A stretch of 63,701 nucleotides of DNA, the filler included, from Candidatus Rokuibacteriota bacterium (GTDB lineage: Bacteria; JAUVQV01; DATDCY01): NCBI GenBank assembly GCA_031406795.1. It is 6 parts of 6 records of this genome, joined end to end, with 100 filler letters (N's around TTAATTAATTAA, not from the genome) between each part and the next. Parts side by side here need not be neighbours in the genome. Positions count along the whole stretch, not along the records: positions 24,879 to 51,625 come from JANOHV010000243.1; 5 more parts are not named here. One strand, written 5' to 3'. The notes under the pieces were generated by a model. That model saw only the letters and a list, made by a program, of their open reading frames with translations, made no database searches and was not told where the DNA came from. Shown piece after piece: positions 39,103 through 48,428 of this stretch. Made by a program: the position numbers and the translations under genes. Numbering within the stretch: position 1 is the stretch's first letter; every line of letters begins with the position of its first letter.

Positions 39103-39843
39103 ATGAAAAGAACTGAGAAGACCCTGAAGTCACCGTCGAAGCCCCCATCGCGGGAGCGGATCCTGGTCGTCGAGGACGAAGAGGACATCCTCGAGCTGAT
39201 CCGCTACAACCTCAACCGCGAGGGCTACCGCGTCAGCACCGCGACCTCCGGGGAGGATGGGCTGCGCGCGGCGATGCGCGAGAAGCCCGACCTGGTCGTC
39301 CTCGATATCATGCTCCCCGGCATCGACGGGATCGAGGTCTGCCGCCGCCTCAAGGCCGACCCCCAGACCCGGTACATCCCCGTGGTCATGGTCACGGCCA
39401 AGGGCGACGAGGCAGATGTGGTCACCGGCCTGGAGCTCGGCGCCGACGACTATCTGACCAAACCCTTCAGCCCCAAGGTCCTTATCGCGCGGCTGCGCGC
39501 CGTCATCCGCCGGCGCGAACAGGAGGGCGTCAAGGACGCCAAGGAGCCGATTCAGCGCGGCGAGATCCTCATCCACCCCGGCCGGCGCGAGGTGCTGGTC
39601 GGCGGCAGCCGGGTCGCTCTGGACCTGACCTTCACGGAGTTCAACATCCTTCACCTGCTGGCTTCGCGGCCGGGGTGGGTCTTCACCCGCGCGCAGATCG
39701 TGGACGCCGTGCGCGGCTACGACTACAACGTCACCGAGCGCTCGGTGGACGTGCACGTCGTCGGCCTGCGGCGCAAGCTCGGAGCGCACGGCGAACTGGT
39801 CGAAACCGTGCGCGGCGTCGGCTACCGATTCCGGGAGGCCTGA
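39103..39843 (+). CDS. phoB: OmpR-family response regulator, PhoB/PhoP-like
   Basis: VEDEEDI, LDIMLPG, GADDYLTKPF, winged helix ETVRGVGYRF; pst context. Confidence 0.88.
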   Translation: MKRTEKTLKSPSKPPSRERILVVEDEEDILELIRYNLNREGYRVSTATSGEDGLRAAMREKPDLVVLDIMLPGIDGIEVCRRLKADPQTRYIPVVMVTAKGDEADVVTGLELGADDYLTKPFSPKVLIARLRAVIRRREQEGVKDAKEPIQRGEILIHPGRREVLVGGSRVALDLTFTEFNILHLLASRPGWVFTRAQIVDAVRGYDYNVTERSVDVHVVGLRRKLGAHGELVETVRGVGYRFREA

Positions 39844-39849
39844 CCGGGC

Positions 39850-41646
39850 ATGACCCGCAAGCGGCTGCTCTGGCACCTGCTGCCCTGGTACCTGCTTGCG
39901 GCGGCGGCCTGCCTCGCCGGGCTGATCGCATACTCCAGCCGCGCCTTCACCGCTTTCTACGTCGGCCAGCGCGAGCGCGACCTCTCGGCCCTGGCGCGGG
40001 TGGCGGCCTTCGAAATCGAGGACCGCACCCACGGGGGCGTCGAGACTCCGGAGGGCTTCTCCGCCCTGGAGACCCTCTGCCGCGACCTGGGCCGCGCCGC
40101 CGAGGCCCGCCTGACGGTCGTCGACCCGGCAGGGCGGGTGCTCTGCGACTCGGAAAAGGAACCCGCCGCTCTCGAGAACCACGGCAGCCGACCCGAAATC
40201 CGCGAGGCTCTGGAAGGGCGCGCCGGCACGGCAATGCGGTTCAGCTCCACCCTCGAGGAAAACCTGCTCTACGTCGCCGTGCCCTTCCCCTACGGCGAGC
40301 GGCGGGGCGCGGTGCGCTACGCAGTCTCGGTGGCGTCGCTGCGCACTGCCCTCGGCGGCTTGCGCCGCGACCTGGTGCTCGGTGCTTTCGCGGCCCTGGC
40401 CCTCGTGATCCTCGTGAGCGCGCTGCTCGCCCGGCGCCTCGCGACACCGCTGCGCGAGTTGCGTCTGGGGGCGGCGCGCTTCGCGCATGGCGAGTTCTCC
40501 CGGCCGCTCTCGATACCGGCTTTCGAGGAGTTCGCCGTCGTCGCCGAGGAGATGAATCACATGGCCGCCCAGCTTGACGAGCGCATCCGCGGCGAGATCC
40601 GGCAGCGCCAGGAACTCGAGGCGGTGCTCTCGAGCATGGTCGAGGGCGTGCTGGCGTTCGACCGCGAGGCGAACCTGATCAGCCTCAACGGCGCCGCGGC
40701 GCGGCTGCTCGGCGTGCGGGCCGAGCAGGTCCGGGGCCGCAGCATCCAGGAGGCCGTCCGCAACCCGGAGCTGCAGGAGTTCGTCGCACTCACCCTCTCC
40801 CAGGCCGTGACCCAGGAACGCGAGATCTCCTTCTTCGACGACGCGGGCGAGCGCTTCATCCAGGCGCACGGCACGGGACTCACGGACGCGACGGGCAACC
40901 GCATCGGGGCTTTGATCGTGCTCAATGACGTCACCAGCATCCGGCGGCTGGAGCGGATGCGCCGGGACTTCGTCGCGAACGCCTCGCACGAGATCCGCAC
41001 GCCGGTGACCTCGCTCAAGGGTTTCATCGAGACCCTCCAGGACGGGGCGATCGACGACCCGGAAGCGGCGCGGCGCTTCCTCGCGATCATGAAGAAGAAC
41101 GCCGACCGGCTCCACGCCATCATCGAGGACCTATTGAACCTCTCGCGGATCGAGCGCGAGGCCGAGCGCGGGGAGGTGCCCCTCGAGCAGGCATCGCTGC
41201 GCGGGATCGTGGAGGAGGCGCTCGAAGCTTCCGACGGCGTCCTTCAGGCGAAGGAGATCCGGGTCGAGCTGGACTGCCCGAGCGGCCTGCTGGTGCGCGC
41301 GAACCCCTCGCTGCTGGTGCAGGCGATCGTCAACCTCGTCGACAACGCCGCGAAGTACAGCGGAGCCGGCAGCGCGGTGACCATCGTCTGCCGGGAGACC
41401 GAGCGGGGGGTGGCGCTCGCGGTCCACGACAGCGGGCCCGGGATTCCCCGCGAGCACCTGCCGCGGCTCTTCGAACGCTTCTACCGGGTCGACAAGGGGC
41501 GCAGCCGCAGCCTCGGCGGCACCGGCCTCGGCCTCGCGATCGTCAAACACATCGTGCAGGCGCACCGCGGCGAGATCACGGTCGAGAGCGAGCCCGGCAA
41601 GGGGAGCACCTTCACGATCCTGCTGCCCAAGGCGACGGTGAAATAG
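39850..41646 (+). CDS. phoR: Phosphate regulon sensor kinase (sCache-HAMP-PAS-HK)
   Basis: ENHGSRPEI, RRDFVANASHEIRTP, FERFYRVDKGRSRSLGGTGLGL. Confidence 0.9.
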   Translation: MTRKRLLWHLLPWYLLAAAACLAGLIAYSSRAFTAFYVGQRERDLSALARVAAFEIEDRTHGGVETPEGFSALETLCRDLGRAAEARLTVVDPAGRVLCDSEKEPAALENHGSRPEIREALEGRAGTAMRFSSTLEENLLYVAVPFPYGERRGAVRYAVSVASLRTALGGLRRDLVLGAFAALALVILVSALLARRLATPLRELRLGAARFAHGEFSRPLSIPAFEEFAVVAEEMNHMAAQLDERIRGEIRQRQELEAVLSSMVEGVLAFDREANLISLNGAAARLLGVRAEQVRGRSIQEAVRNPELQEFVALTLSQAVTQEREISFFDDAGERFIQAHGTGLTDATGNRIGALIVLNDVTSIRRLERMRRDFVANASHEIRTPVTSLKGFIETLQDGAIDDPEAARRFLAIMKKNADRLHAIIEDLLNLSRIEREAERGEVPLEQASLRGIVEEALEASDGVLQAKEIRVELDCPSGLLVRANPSLLVQAIVNLVDNAAKYSGAGSAVTIVCRETERGVALAVHDSGPGIPREHLPRLFERFYRVDKGRSRSLGGTGLGLAIVKHIVQAHRGEITVESEPGKGSTFTILLPKATVK

Positions 41647-41718
41647 GGACTGCGGGCTCCGCTCGCTGCCGTCCGTCCTGTTCGATCCGTCGGGACGGCC
41701 GGCCCTCGAGTCGTTAGA

Positions 41719-42384
41719 TCAAACGCAGGATGCGCCGGCGAGAAAGGCGCCTGAGGGGTCGGGCTTCGTCCACCGGACATCGAAGTGCTCCAGCGGCGCG
41801 GCGGGACGAGTCCGCACCTCGAACGCCTGCGCCACCGCAAGCGGGCGGTCGAGACGCAGACACATCCCGGATCGGCTCCGGTTCACCACCTCGGCGAAGA
41901 ACTCGTCCCCGCCCAGTTCGACGGTGACGTGCGGGCCGCGCCAGTCTTCGCGCTGCTCCCTGCGCTGCGCCCCCAGCGGCTGGGAGAGGTCCATGCGGAT
42001 CTCGCACTCCCGAACCCACTCCTCGATCTGCGCGAGGCGGCAGGGTTTCCGGAACCAGGCGCACCCGAGGAGGCGAATGGCCTCGACGGCGGCGGTATCC
42101 AGGCTCCCCGACAGGACGGCCTTGTTCAGGACATTGACGGGACACCCCCGCTGCGCCTGGGTCTTGAGCAGCTGGATGCCGTTCATGCCCGGCATGGCGA
42201 GATCCGTGATCATGATGTCGGCACAGGGGCGCTCCGCGGGGCAGCGAAGGTTGTCGCGGTAGACGACGCAGGGCACGGGCTCTTGCATCGCGAAGACATC
42301 ATAGCCGCGCCCCGTGAAGAACAATGAGAGCGCATCGAGGACGAACGGATCGTCGTCGTAGAGAACCACGCGCGGCTGTCTCAT
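41719..42384 (-). CDS. Response regulator receiver + PilZ-like domain
   Basis: YDDD, TDLAMPGMNG, KP; C-terminal RREQR and NRSRSG PilZ motifs; SD AGGAGG. Confidence 0.8.
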   Translation of the reverse strand: MRQPRVVLYDDDPFVLDALSLFFTGRGYDVFAMQEPVPCVVYRDNLRCPAERPCADIMITDLAMPGMNGIQLLKTQAQRGCPVNVLNKAVLSGSLDTAAVEAIRLLGCAWFRKPCRLAQIEEWVRECEIRMDLSQPLGAQRREQREDWRGPHVTVELGGDEFFAEVVNRSRSGMCLRLDRPLAVAQAFEVRTRPAAPLEHFDVRWTKPDPSGAFLAGASCV

Positions 42385-42514
42385 GTTCGGCACCTCCTGT
42401 TTCCGATTTCCGACGTGTCACCGTCCCGGATGAGCGACTGCAGGGTACGGCAGAAGGCGCCGTCGGGCTATCGGCTTTGCGCTGAACTTCTTGTCGGGCG
42501 GATTCCTACAGCGC

Positions 42515-43144
42515 TCAGACGAGCCGGTTCTCGATCGCGTAGCGCGTGATCTCCGCGTTGCTCTTCAGGCCAGTCTTGGTAAGTATGCGGGCGCGATAGG
42601 TACTGATGGTTTTGACGCTCAGGGAGAGCTCCTCCGCAATCTGCGTCTGCGTCCTGCCGGAGGCCATCATGCACATGATCTGGTACTCCCGGTCCGAGAG
42701 CTGCTCGTGGATCAGCCCGCCGACCGGCGAAGCGATCGTCGTCGCCAGCCGCTCGCCCATCGTTGCGCTGACGTATTTCCCTCCGGCCGCGACTTTCCGG
42801 ATGGCTAAGACCAGCTCCTCGGGCGCACTCTCCTTCGTGAGGTACCCGGCGGCCCCGGAGCGCAGCGCCCGCACGGCGTACTGCTCTTCCGGGTACATGC
42901 TCAGAATCAGCACGGGCGTCTTCGGGTCGCGCTGCCGCAGCTCCTTGAGGATCTCGAGCCCGCCCCGGCCCGGCATCGAGATGTCCAGCAGGATGACGTC
43001 GACGTCCACGCTCCCGGCCTTCCCCAGCGCCTCGGCCCCGCTGCCGGCCTCCGCCACCACCTCGATGTCGGGCATTTCCTGGACCATGTGCCTGATGCCG
43101 CTGCGGACAACGGCATGGTCGTCGACCACGAGCAGCCGGATCAC
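42515..43144 (-). CDS. NarL/LuxR-family response regulator
   Basis: VDDHAVVR, LDISMP, LSDRE, LSVKTISTYR. Confidence 0.95.
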   Translation of the reverse strand: MIRLLVVDDHAVVRSGIRHMVQEMPDIEVVAEAGSGAEALGKAGSVDVDVILLDISMPGRGGLEILKELRQRDPKTPVLILSMYPEEQYAVRALRSGAAGYLTKESAPEELVLAIRKVAAGGKYVSATMGERLATTIASPVGGLIHEQLSDREYQIMCMMASGRTQTQIAEELSLSVKTISTYRARILTKTGLKSNAEITRYAIENRLV

Positions 43145-44466
43145 GTCGGCCGCCCCTTCCCCAGGGGCAGGCGGACGGTCACCGTCGTCCCGACACCCCG
43201 GGCGCCGGAGACCGCGACCGTACCGTCCCATCCGCGAACGCGCTCCTGCATGCCGATGATGCCGAGCGAACCCTGAACGGCGACCTGACCGTCCATCCCC
43301 CGCCCGTCGTCCCGGACGCGGAGCAGCAGACCCGCGCCCTCAGTCCTGAGCAGCACTTCCACGGACCGGGCGTTCGCATGTCGGGCGACGTTCGTCAAGG
43401 CCTCCTGCAGGATCCGGAACAACGCGGTCGATCGACCCTCGTCGTGAGCGATGTCCACGGGGTCGAGGGACACCTCGCAGGGGATGCCCGTCCGCCGCTC
43501 GAATTCTTCCGCCTGCCACTCGATGGCCGCCGACAGGCCGAGGTGATCGAGGATGCCCGGCCGCAGGTCCTGCGCGATCCGCTTCACCGCCTGCGTCGTC
43601 TCCTCCACGAGCGCGCCCAGGGACTCCGCCCGCGCGATGTTCTGGCGCTGGTCGGCCGGCAGCCCCCGGCGCAGCAGCGACAGTTCCATTTTCATGGCGG
43701 TGAGCGATTGTCCGAGCTCGTCGTGGATCTCCCGCGCGACCCGCGTCCGCTCCTCCTCCCGTGCGCTCTGGAGGTGGCCCGAGAGTTCGTGCAGCCTCCG
43801 GTTCGCCGCCTCCAGCGCCCCGGCCGCCCCATCGCGTTCACGCACGGCCCGGACGGCGCGTCGCGAGGCCACCGCCACCGCGGAGGTCAGCCCGGCGGCA
43901 ATGAACAGCACGATGAAATTGGAGCGGGCGAGCAGCTCCCCGGCCTGCTCCATCTGGCCCGTGACATCGAAGTAGATCTCGAAGGCGCCGGCGAACCGTC
44001 CCGACCGCATGATCGGGACGTAGACCTCGACGACATCGACCTTCACGGGGCGTCCATCCAGGGTCTTGCCGTTGCGGGGCACGACGTTGGAATGTGGGCG
44101 CCCCCGGGCCACGATTTCCTGGAAGTAGGGGCGGGTGTTCCGCGCGCCCTCCTCCGCGGGGGCTGTGGAGAACACGACCGTGCCGTTCGGGGAGAACGCT
44201 TTGAGCCTCTCGAGACCGAAGACGGCGAGGTGTTCCTCGACCGCGGCACGGAAGGCGGGCGTGAGCTCGAGCGGCGCGAGCAGGCCGGCGTCCCCGAAGA
44301 ACTGCTGGGAGAGGTGGACGGCCACGCGGTCGGCGTCCTTCTGGGCGTTCTCGATGACCAGCCGGGAGTACGCCGGCCCGAGATACAGCGCATTGTACAG
44401 GGCGAAGGCCGTCACCGCCGCGAGGGAGACGGCGATCAGGCTGAGCAGGACGTTGCGCTGACGCAT
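43141..44466 (-). CDS. HisKA_3 (NarX-type) membrane sensor histidine kinase
   Basis: ERTRVAREIHDELGQ, QEALTNVARHA, DDGRG. Confidence 0.93.
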   Translation of the reverse strand: MRQRNVLLSLIAVSLAAVTAFALYNALYLGPAYSRLVIENAQKDADRVAVHLSQQFFGDAGLLAPLELTPAFRAAVEEHLAVFGLERLKAFSPNGTVVFSTAPAEEGARNTRPYFQEIVARGRPHSNVVPRNGKTLDGRPVKVDVVEVYVPIMRSGRFAGAFEIYFDVTGQMEQAGELLARSNFIVLFIAAGLTSAVAVASRRAVRAVRERDGAAGALEAANRRLHELSGHLQSAREEERTRVAREIHDELGQSLTAMKMELSLLRRGLPADQRQNIARAESLGALVEETTQAVKRIAQDLRPGILDHLGLSAAIEWQAEEFERRTGIPCEVSLDPVDIAHDEGRSTALFRILQEALTNVARHANARSVEVLLRTEGAGLLLRVRDDGRGMDGQVAVQGSLGIIGMQERVRGWDGTVAVSGARGVGTTVTVRLPLGKGRPT

Positions 44467-44568
44467 GTGGCGGGTTTCCTTTCCCGACCGCGGGAGAAAA
44501 CCACTCCCGCTCGGTCGTGCCATTCTCCCCGGAACTGCAGACCGGCGCAACCCGGAAACACGCCGGGG

Positions 44569-44612
44569 TTTAACCGCGGGCTCATGAATTCCTAACACTC
44601 CAGCCCCATTCT
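44569..44612 (+). promoter_or_regulatory. Pho-box-like triple repeat plus -10 of pstS
   Basis: tTTAACcgcgg|gCTCATgaatt|cCTAACactcc-N5-CATTCT. Confidence 0.7.
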
Positions 44613-44660
44613 TGCTGCAATCACAGGACGGCAAAAGGCGACAGCAAGAGGAGAAACGGC

Positions 44661-45650
44661 ATGAAGAGCAGCGGGAAATGGGTTGCAGCGATCGGCGGGG
44701 TGCTCCTCGCCGGGACCATCGGCGCAGGCAGCGCCGGGGCGCAGGTTACGGTGGACAAGAACCTGCCGGAGTACAAGCCGGTCCAGGGGATCTCGGGGAG
44801 CCTCAAGAGCGTCGGGTCGGACACCCTGAACAACCTGATGACCTTCTGGGCCGAGGGCTTCAGAAAACACTACCCGAATGTGACCATCGAGATCGAGGGG
44901 AAGGGCTCCTCGACGGCGCCGCCGGCCCTCATCGCCGGGACGGCGACCTTCGGCCCGATGAGCCGCCCGATGAAGGGCGAGGAGATCGGCAGCTTCGAGA
45001 AGCAGTACGGGTACAAACCGACGGCGCTGTCGGCGGCCATCGACATGCTCGCCGTCTATGTCAACAAGGACAACCCGATCGCCGGCCTGACCTTCCAGCA
45101 GGTCGACGCGATCTTCTCGAAGAGCCGCAAGCAGGGCGGCGCGGCGGACATCACGACCTGGGGACAGGTCGGACTGAAGGGGAAGTTCGAGAATCTCCCG
45201 ATCAGCCTCTACGGCCGGAACAGCGCCTCCGGCACGTACGGCTACTTCAAGGAACACACGCTCGCCAAAGGCGACTTCAAGGACAGCGTCAAGGAGCAGC
45301 CCGGCAGCTCGGCGGTCGTCCAGGGCGTCGCGTCTGATCTCGGCGGCATCGGCTACAGCGGCATCGGCTACAAGACCGCGGACGTCCGCGCCGTCCCGCT
45401 CTCCACGACTACCGGCAAGCCGGTCCCCGCGGAAACGCAGTACGGCTACAGCGGCGAGTACCCGCTCTCCCGCTTCCTCTTCATCTACCTCAACTACAAG
45501 CCCGGCAGCGCGCTCGACCCGCTGCAGCGGGAGTTCGTGAAGTACGTCTACAGCCGCGAGGGCCAGGAAGTGGTCGCCAAGGACGGCTTCCTCCCCGTGA
45601 CGGCGAAGACCTCCGCCGACGCCTTCAAGCTCGTGGGGATCGCACCGTAG
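44661..45650 (+). CDS. pstS: Phosphate ABC transporter substrate-binding protein
   Basis: GSDT, GKGSS, MSR, GRNSASGTY, YPLSR. Confidence 0.96.
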   Translation: MKSSGKWVAAIGGVLLAGTIGAGSAGAQVTVDKNLPEYKPVQGISGSLKSVGSDTLNNLMTFWAEGFRKHYPNVTIEIEGKGSSTAPPALIAGTATFGPMSRPMKGEEIGSFEKQYGYKPTALSAAIDMLAVYVNKDNPIAGLTFQQVDAIFSKSRKQGGAADITTWGQVGLKGKFENLPISLYGRNSASGTYGYFKEHTLAKGDFKDSVKEQPGSSAVVQGVASDLGGIGYSGIGYKTADVRAVPLSTTTGKPVPAETQYGYSGEYPLSRFLFIYLNYKPGSALDPLQREFVKYVYSREGQEVVAKDGFLPVTAKTSADAFKLVGIAP

Positions 45651-45681
45651 CCCCAGCCGGAACCCGCATCGCGAATAACGG

Positions 45682-45708
45682 GGGGCGGGGAGCAATCCCC
45701 GCCCCTTT
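45682..45708 (+). terminator. GC-rich hairpin after pstS (terminator or mRNA-stabilising stem)
   Basis: GGGGCGGGGA-GCAA-TCCCCGCCCC-TTT. Confidence 0.7.
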
Positions 45709-45762
45709 GCTTCGCGGGCGGGCGCTGGCATCATATCGAGGAGCCAGGAACAGATGAAACGG

Positions 45763-45827
45763 GCAGGCAGATCAAGAGGTCCCAGATGCGAGGCCATGCA
45801 GCACGTGGGCCTTCTTCAGCCGCCTGC
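45763..45827. mobile_element. 65-bp internally deleted copy of the 18799 element (inverted)
   Basis: GCAGGCAGATCAAGAGGTCCCAGATGCGAGGC...TGGGCCTTCTTCAGCCGCCTGC matches both ends of the reverse-complemented 18799 element. Confidence 0.6.
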
Positions 45828-45851
45828 CAACCCCTGAGACCGGCGAGGAGC

Positions 45852-48428
45852 ATGGGAAAGCAACGGGCATTTACCGGCCGCGCTCGGCGCAAGGAGACGC
45901 GCTGGGGCGTGCGCGCCCTGGACGTGGTCTCCCGCTGGGTGATCACCGTCGGCGGGATCGGCACGGTCGTCGCCGTCTCGACGGTCTTCCTGCTCCTGCT
46001 CTGGGTGGTCTTCCCGCTGCTGCTGCCGGCCAGGGCCTCGCGGCCCGGGCGGCTGGCGGCCGAAGGCGTCGCGCGCGCGCTGCGCGTCGGGGTCGACGAC
46101 TACCGGAGCATCGTCTGGCTCCTGCGCGCCGACGGCACGCTCGCGGCGCGGTCGTTCGACTCCGGCGCGCTGCTCGAACAGCGCCGCCTCTTCCCCGGGC
46201 GCACCATCTCCGCGGCCGCCTTCAGCGCCGGCGGGACGGCGGTCGCGCTGGGATTCGCCGACGGGTCGGTCGCGCTCGGCAGCATCGGCTTTCGCACCTC
46301 GTTCGTCGACGACGACGCCGCCGCCCCCGCGCTGCGGCGCATTGCCGCCGGCGCGCGCGCGATTGAAGGGGCGGCGGTCGTCCAGCGGATCTCGCCGACC
46401 CAGCTGCGCCTGCAGCAGCTCGATGTCGCCTTCGAGGAGCCCGTCGCGGGCGCGTCAACGGCCCCCGTGCTGCTGCTGGACCGCAGCGGGGCGGGCGACG
46501 CCGGCAGCTACGCCGAGGTCCATGCCGACGGCGCCTTCCAGATCGTGCGCCTCACCCGGCGCGAGAACATGCTGACCGGCGAGATCGCGACCAGCCGCAC
46601 CCCGACCGCCCTGCCGAACCCGCTGACGCCCGGGGAGCCGGCGCCCGGCTGGCTGCTGCTCTCGGACAGCGGCGACAGCGCGCTGCTGGCCTGGAAGGAC
46701 GGCCGCGGCTCGCGGTACCTGCTGCGCGACGCCGCATCGGCGCCGGTCGTCGAAGCGGTCGCCCTGCTCGAGGATCGCGGCCGCGCACTGACCGCCGTCT
46801 CCTGGCTCCTGGGGCGGACCACGGTCCTCGCCGGCGACTCCGCCGGGGGCATCGGGGCCTGGTTCCCCTCCCGGCTCACGCCGGATTCCCCGCCGCTCCT
46901 GGTGCGGGCGCACTTCTTCGAGGGCGCCGGCAGCCCGGTCACCACGATCGACAGCTCTTCGCGTTCGCGGGTGCTCATCGCCGGCTTCGCCGACGGAACG
47001 CTCGACGTGCGGCACGTCACGAGCCACAAGCTTCTGGCACACCTCACGGCCGCCGCGGTGGGGGCCGTGGAGGCGGCCGCGCTCTCCCCGAAGGACGACG
47101 GCGTCGTCGCACTCGCCGGCGGGGGGATCGCGCACTGGGCATTCGACCCCGGGCACCCGGAGACCAGCCCGCGCGCACTGTTTCTGCCCATCTGGTACGA
47201 GGGAGCGCCCGGCCCGGAGCACGTCTGGCAGTCCTCCGCGGCGACCGACGATTTCGAGCCGAAGCTCGGACTCATCCCGCTGATCTTCGGCACGCTCAAG
47301 GCCACCGTCTACTCGCTCGTCTTCGGCGTCCCGATCGCGCTGCTGGCCGCGATCTTCACGAGCGAGTTCCTCAGCCCGCGGCTGCGCGGGAAGATCAAGC
47401 CGGTCGTCGAACTCATGGCCAGCCTCCCGAGCGTCGTCCTCGGCTTCCTCGCCGCCCTGGTCATCGCGCCCTTCGTCGCCGCCCGCCTCGCGGACTTCCT
47501 CGCGCTCATCATCGTCGGACCGGTCGTGTTCCTCGCCGGCGCCTACCTCTGGCAGCTGATCCCGTATCGCCTGACGCTGCGCTTCGAACGCTGGCGCTTC
47601 CCCGCGATGTTCCTCGCGATCCCCGCCGCCCTGCTCGCGGCCCGCACGCTCGGGCCGGTCCTCGAGCGTTTCTGCTTCTCCGGCGACATCATGCACTGGC
47701 TCGCCGGCGGCGGCGGCCCGGCCGGCGGCTGGGCCTACCTGCTCGTCGCCCCGGCCGGCCTCGCCGTAATCCTGCTGCTCGCGCGCTTCGTGAACCCCCG
47801 GCTGAACGAGGCGTCCCGGCGCTGGACCCGGGCGCGGTGCGCCTGGATCGAGCTCGGCAAGTTCGCCGGCAGCCTGGTCGTCGCCGTCGCCGTCGCGGCC
47901 GCCGTCGGCGGGGCGCTCGCCCTGCTGGGCCTCGACCCGCGCGGCCCCCTCCTCGGCACCTACGTCCAGCGCAACTCGCTCGTCGTCGGTTTCGTGATGG
48001 GTTTCGCGATCATCCCGATCATCTACACCATCGCCGAGGACGCCCTCGCCGCCGTCCCGGACCACCTGCGCTCGGCCTCGCTGGCGTCGGGGGCCACGCC
48101 CTGGCAGACCGCCTGGCGGATCGTAATCCCGACGGCGATGAGCGGCCTGTTCTCCGCGGTGATGATCGGCTTTGGCCGGGCAGTGGGCGAGACGATGATC
48201 GTGCTCATGGCCGCCGGGAACACGCCGATCCTCGAATGGAACATCTTCAACGGCTTTCGCACGCTCTCGGCGAACATCGCCGTCGAGCTGCCCGAGGCCG
48301 TCCGCAACAGCACCCACTACCGCACGCTCTTCCTCGCCGCGCTCGTGCTCTTCGTGATGACCTTCGTCCTGAACACCTGCGCCGAGATCGTGCGGATCCG
48401 TTTCCGCAAGAAAGCGATGGAGCTGTGA
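45852..48428 (+). CDS. pstC: Phosphate ABC permease PstC, long form with a large beta-propeller-like soluble domain
   Basis: LIFGTLKA, ELMASLPSVVLG, GRAVGETM. Confidence 0.92.
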   Translation: MGKQRAFTGRARRKETRWGVRALDVVSRWVITVGGIGTVVAVSTVFLLLLWVVFPLLLPARASRPGRLAAEGVARALRVGVDDYRSIVWLLRADGTLAARSFDSGALLEQRRLFPGRTISAAAFSAGGTAVALGFADGSVALGSIGFRTSFVDDDAAAPALRRIAAGARAIEGAAVVQRISPTQLRLQQLDVAFEEPVAGASTAPVLLLDRSGAGDAGSYAEVHADGAFQIVRLTRRENMLTGEIATSRTPTALPNPLTPGEPAPGWLLLSDSGDSALLAWKDGRGSRYLLRDAASAPVVEAVALLEDRGRALTAVSWLLGRTTVLAGDSAGGIGAWFPSRLTPDSPPLLVRAHFFEGAGSPVTTIDSSSRSRVLIAGFADGTLDVRHVTSHKLLAHLTAAAVGAVEAAALSPKDDGVVALAGGGIAHWAFDPGHPETSPRALFLPIWYEGAPGPEHVWQSSAATDDFEPKLGLIPLIFGTLKATVYSLVFGVPIALLAAIFTSEFLSPRLRGKIKPVVELMASLPSVVLGFLAALVIAPFVAARLADFLALIIVGPVVFLAGAYLWQLIPYRLTLRFERWRFPAMFLAIPAALLAARTLGPVLERFCFSGDIMHWLAGGGGPAGGWAYLLVAPAGLAVILLLARFVNPRLNEASRRWTRARCAWIELGKFAGSLVVAVAVAAAVGGALALLGLDPRGPLLGTYVQRNSLVVGFVMGFAIIPIIYTIAEDALAAVPDHLRSASLASGATPWQTAWRIVIPTAMSGLFSAVMIGFGRAVGETMIVLMAAGNTPILEWNIFNGFRTLSANIAVELPEAVRNSTHYRTLFLAALVLFVMTFVLNTCAEIVRIRFRKKAMEL

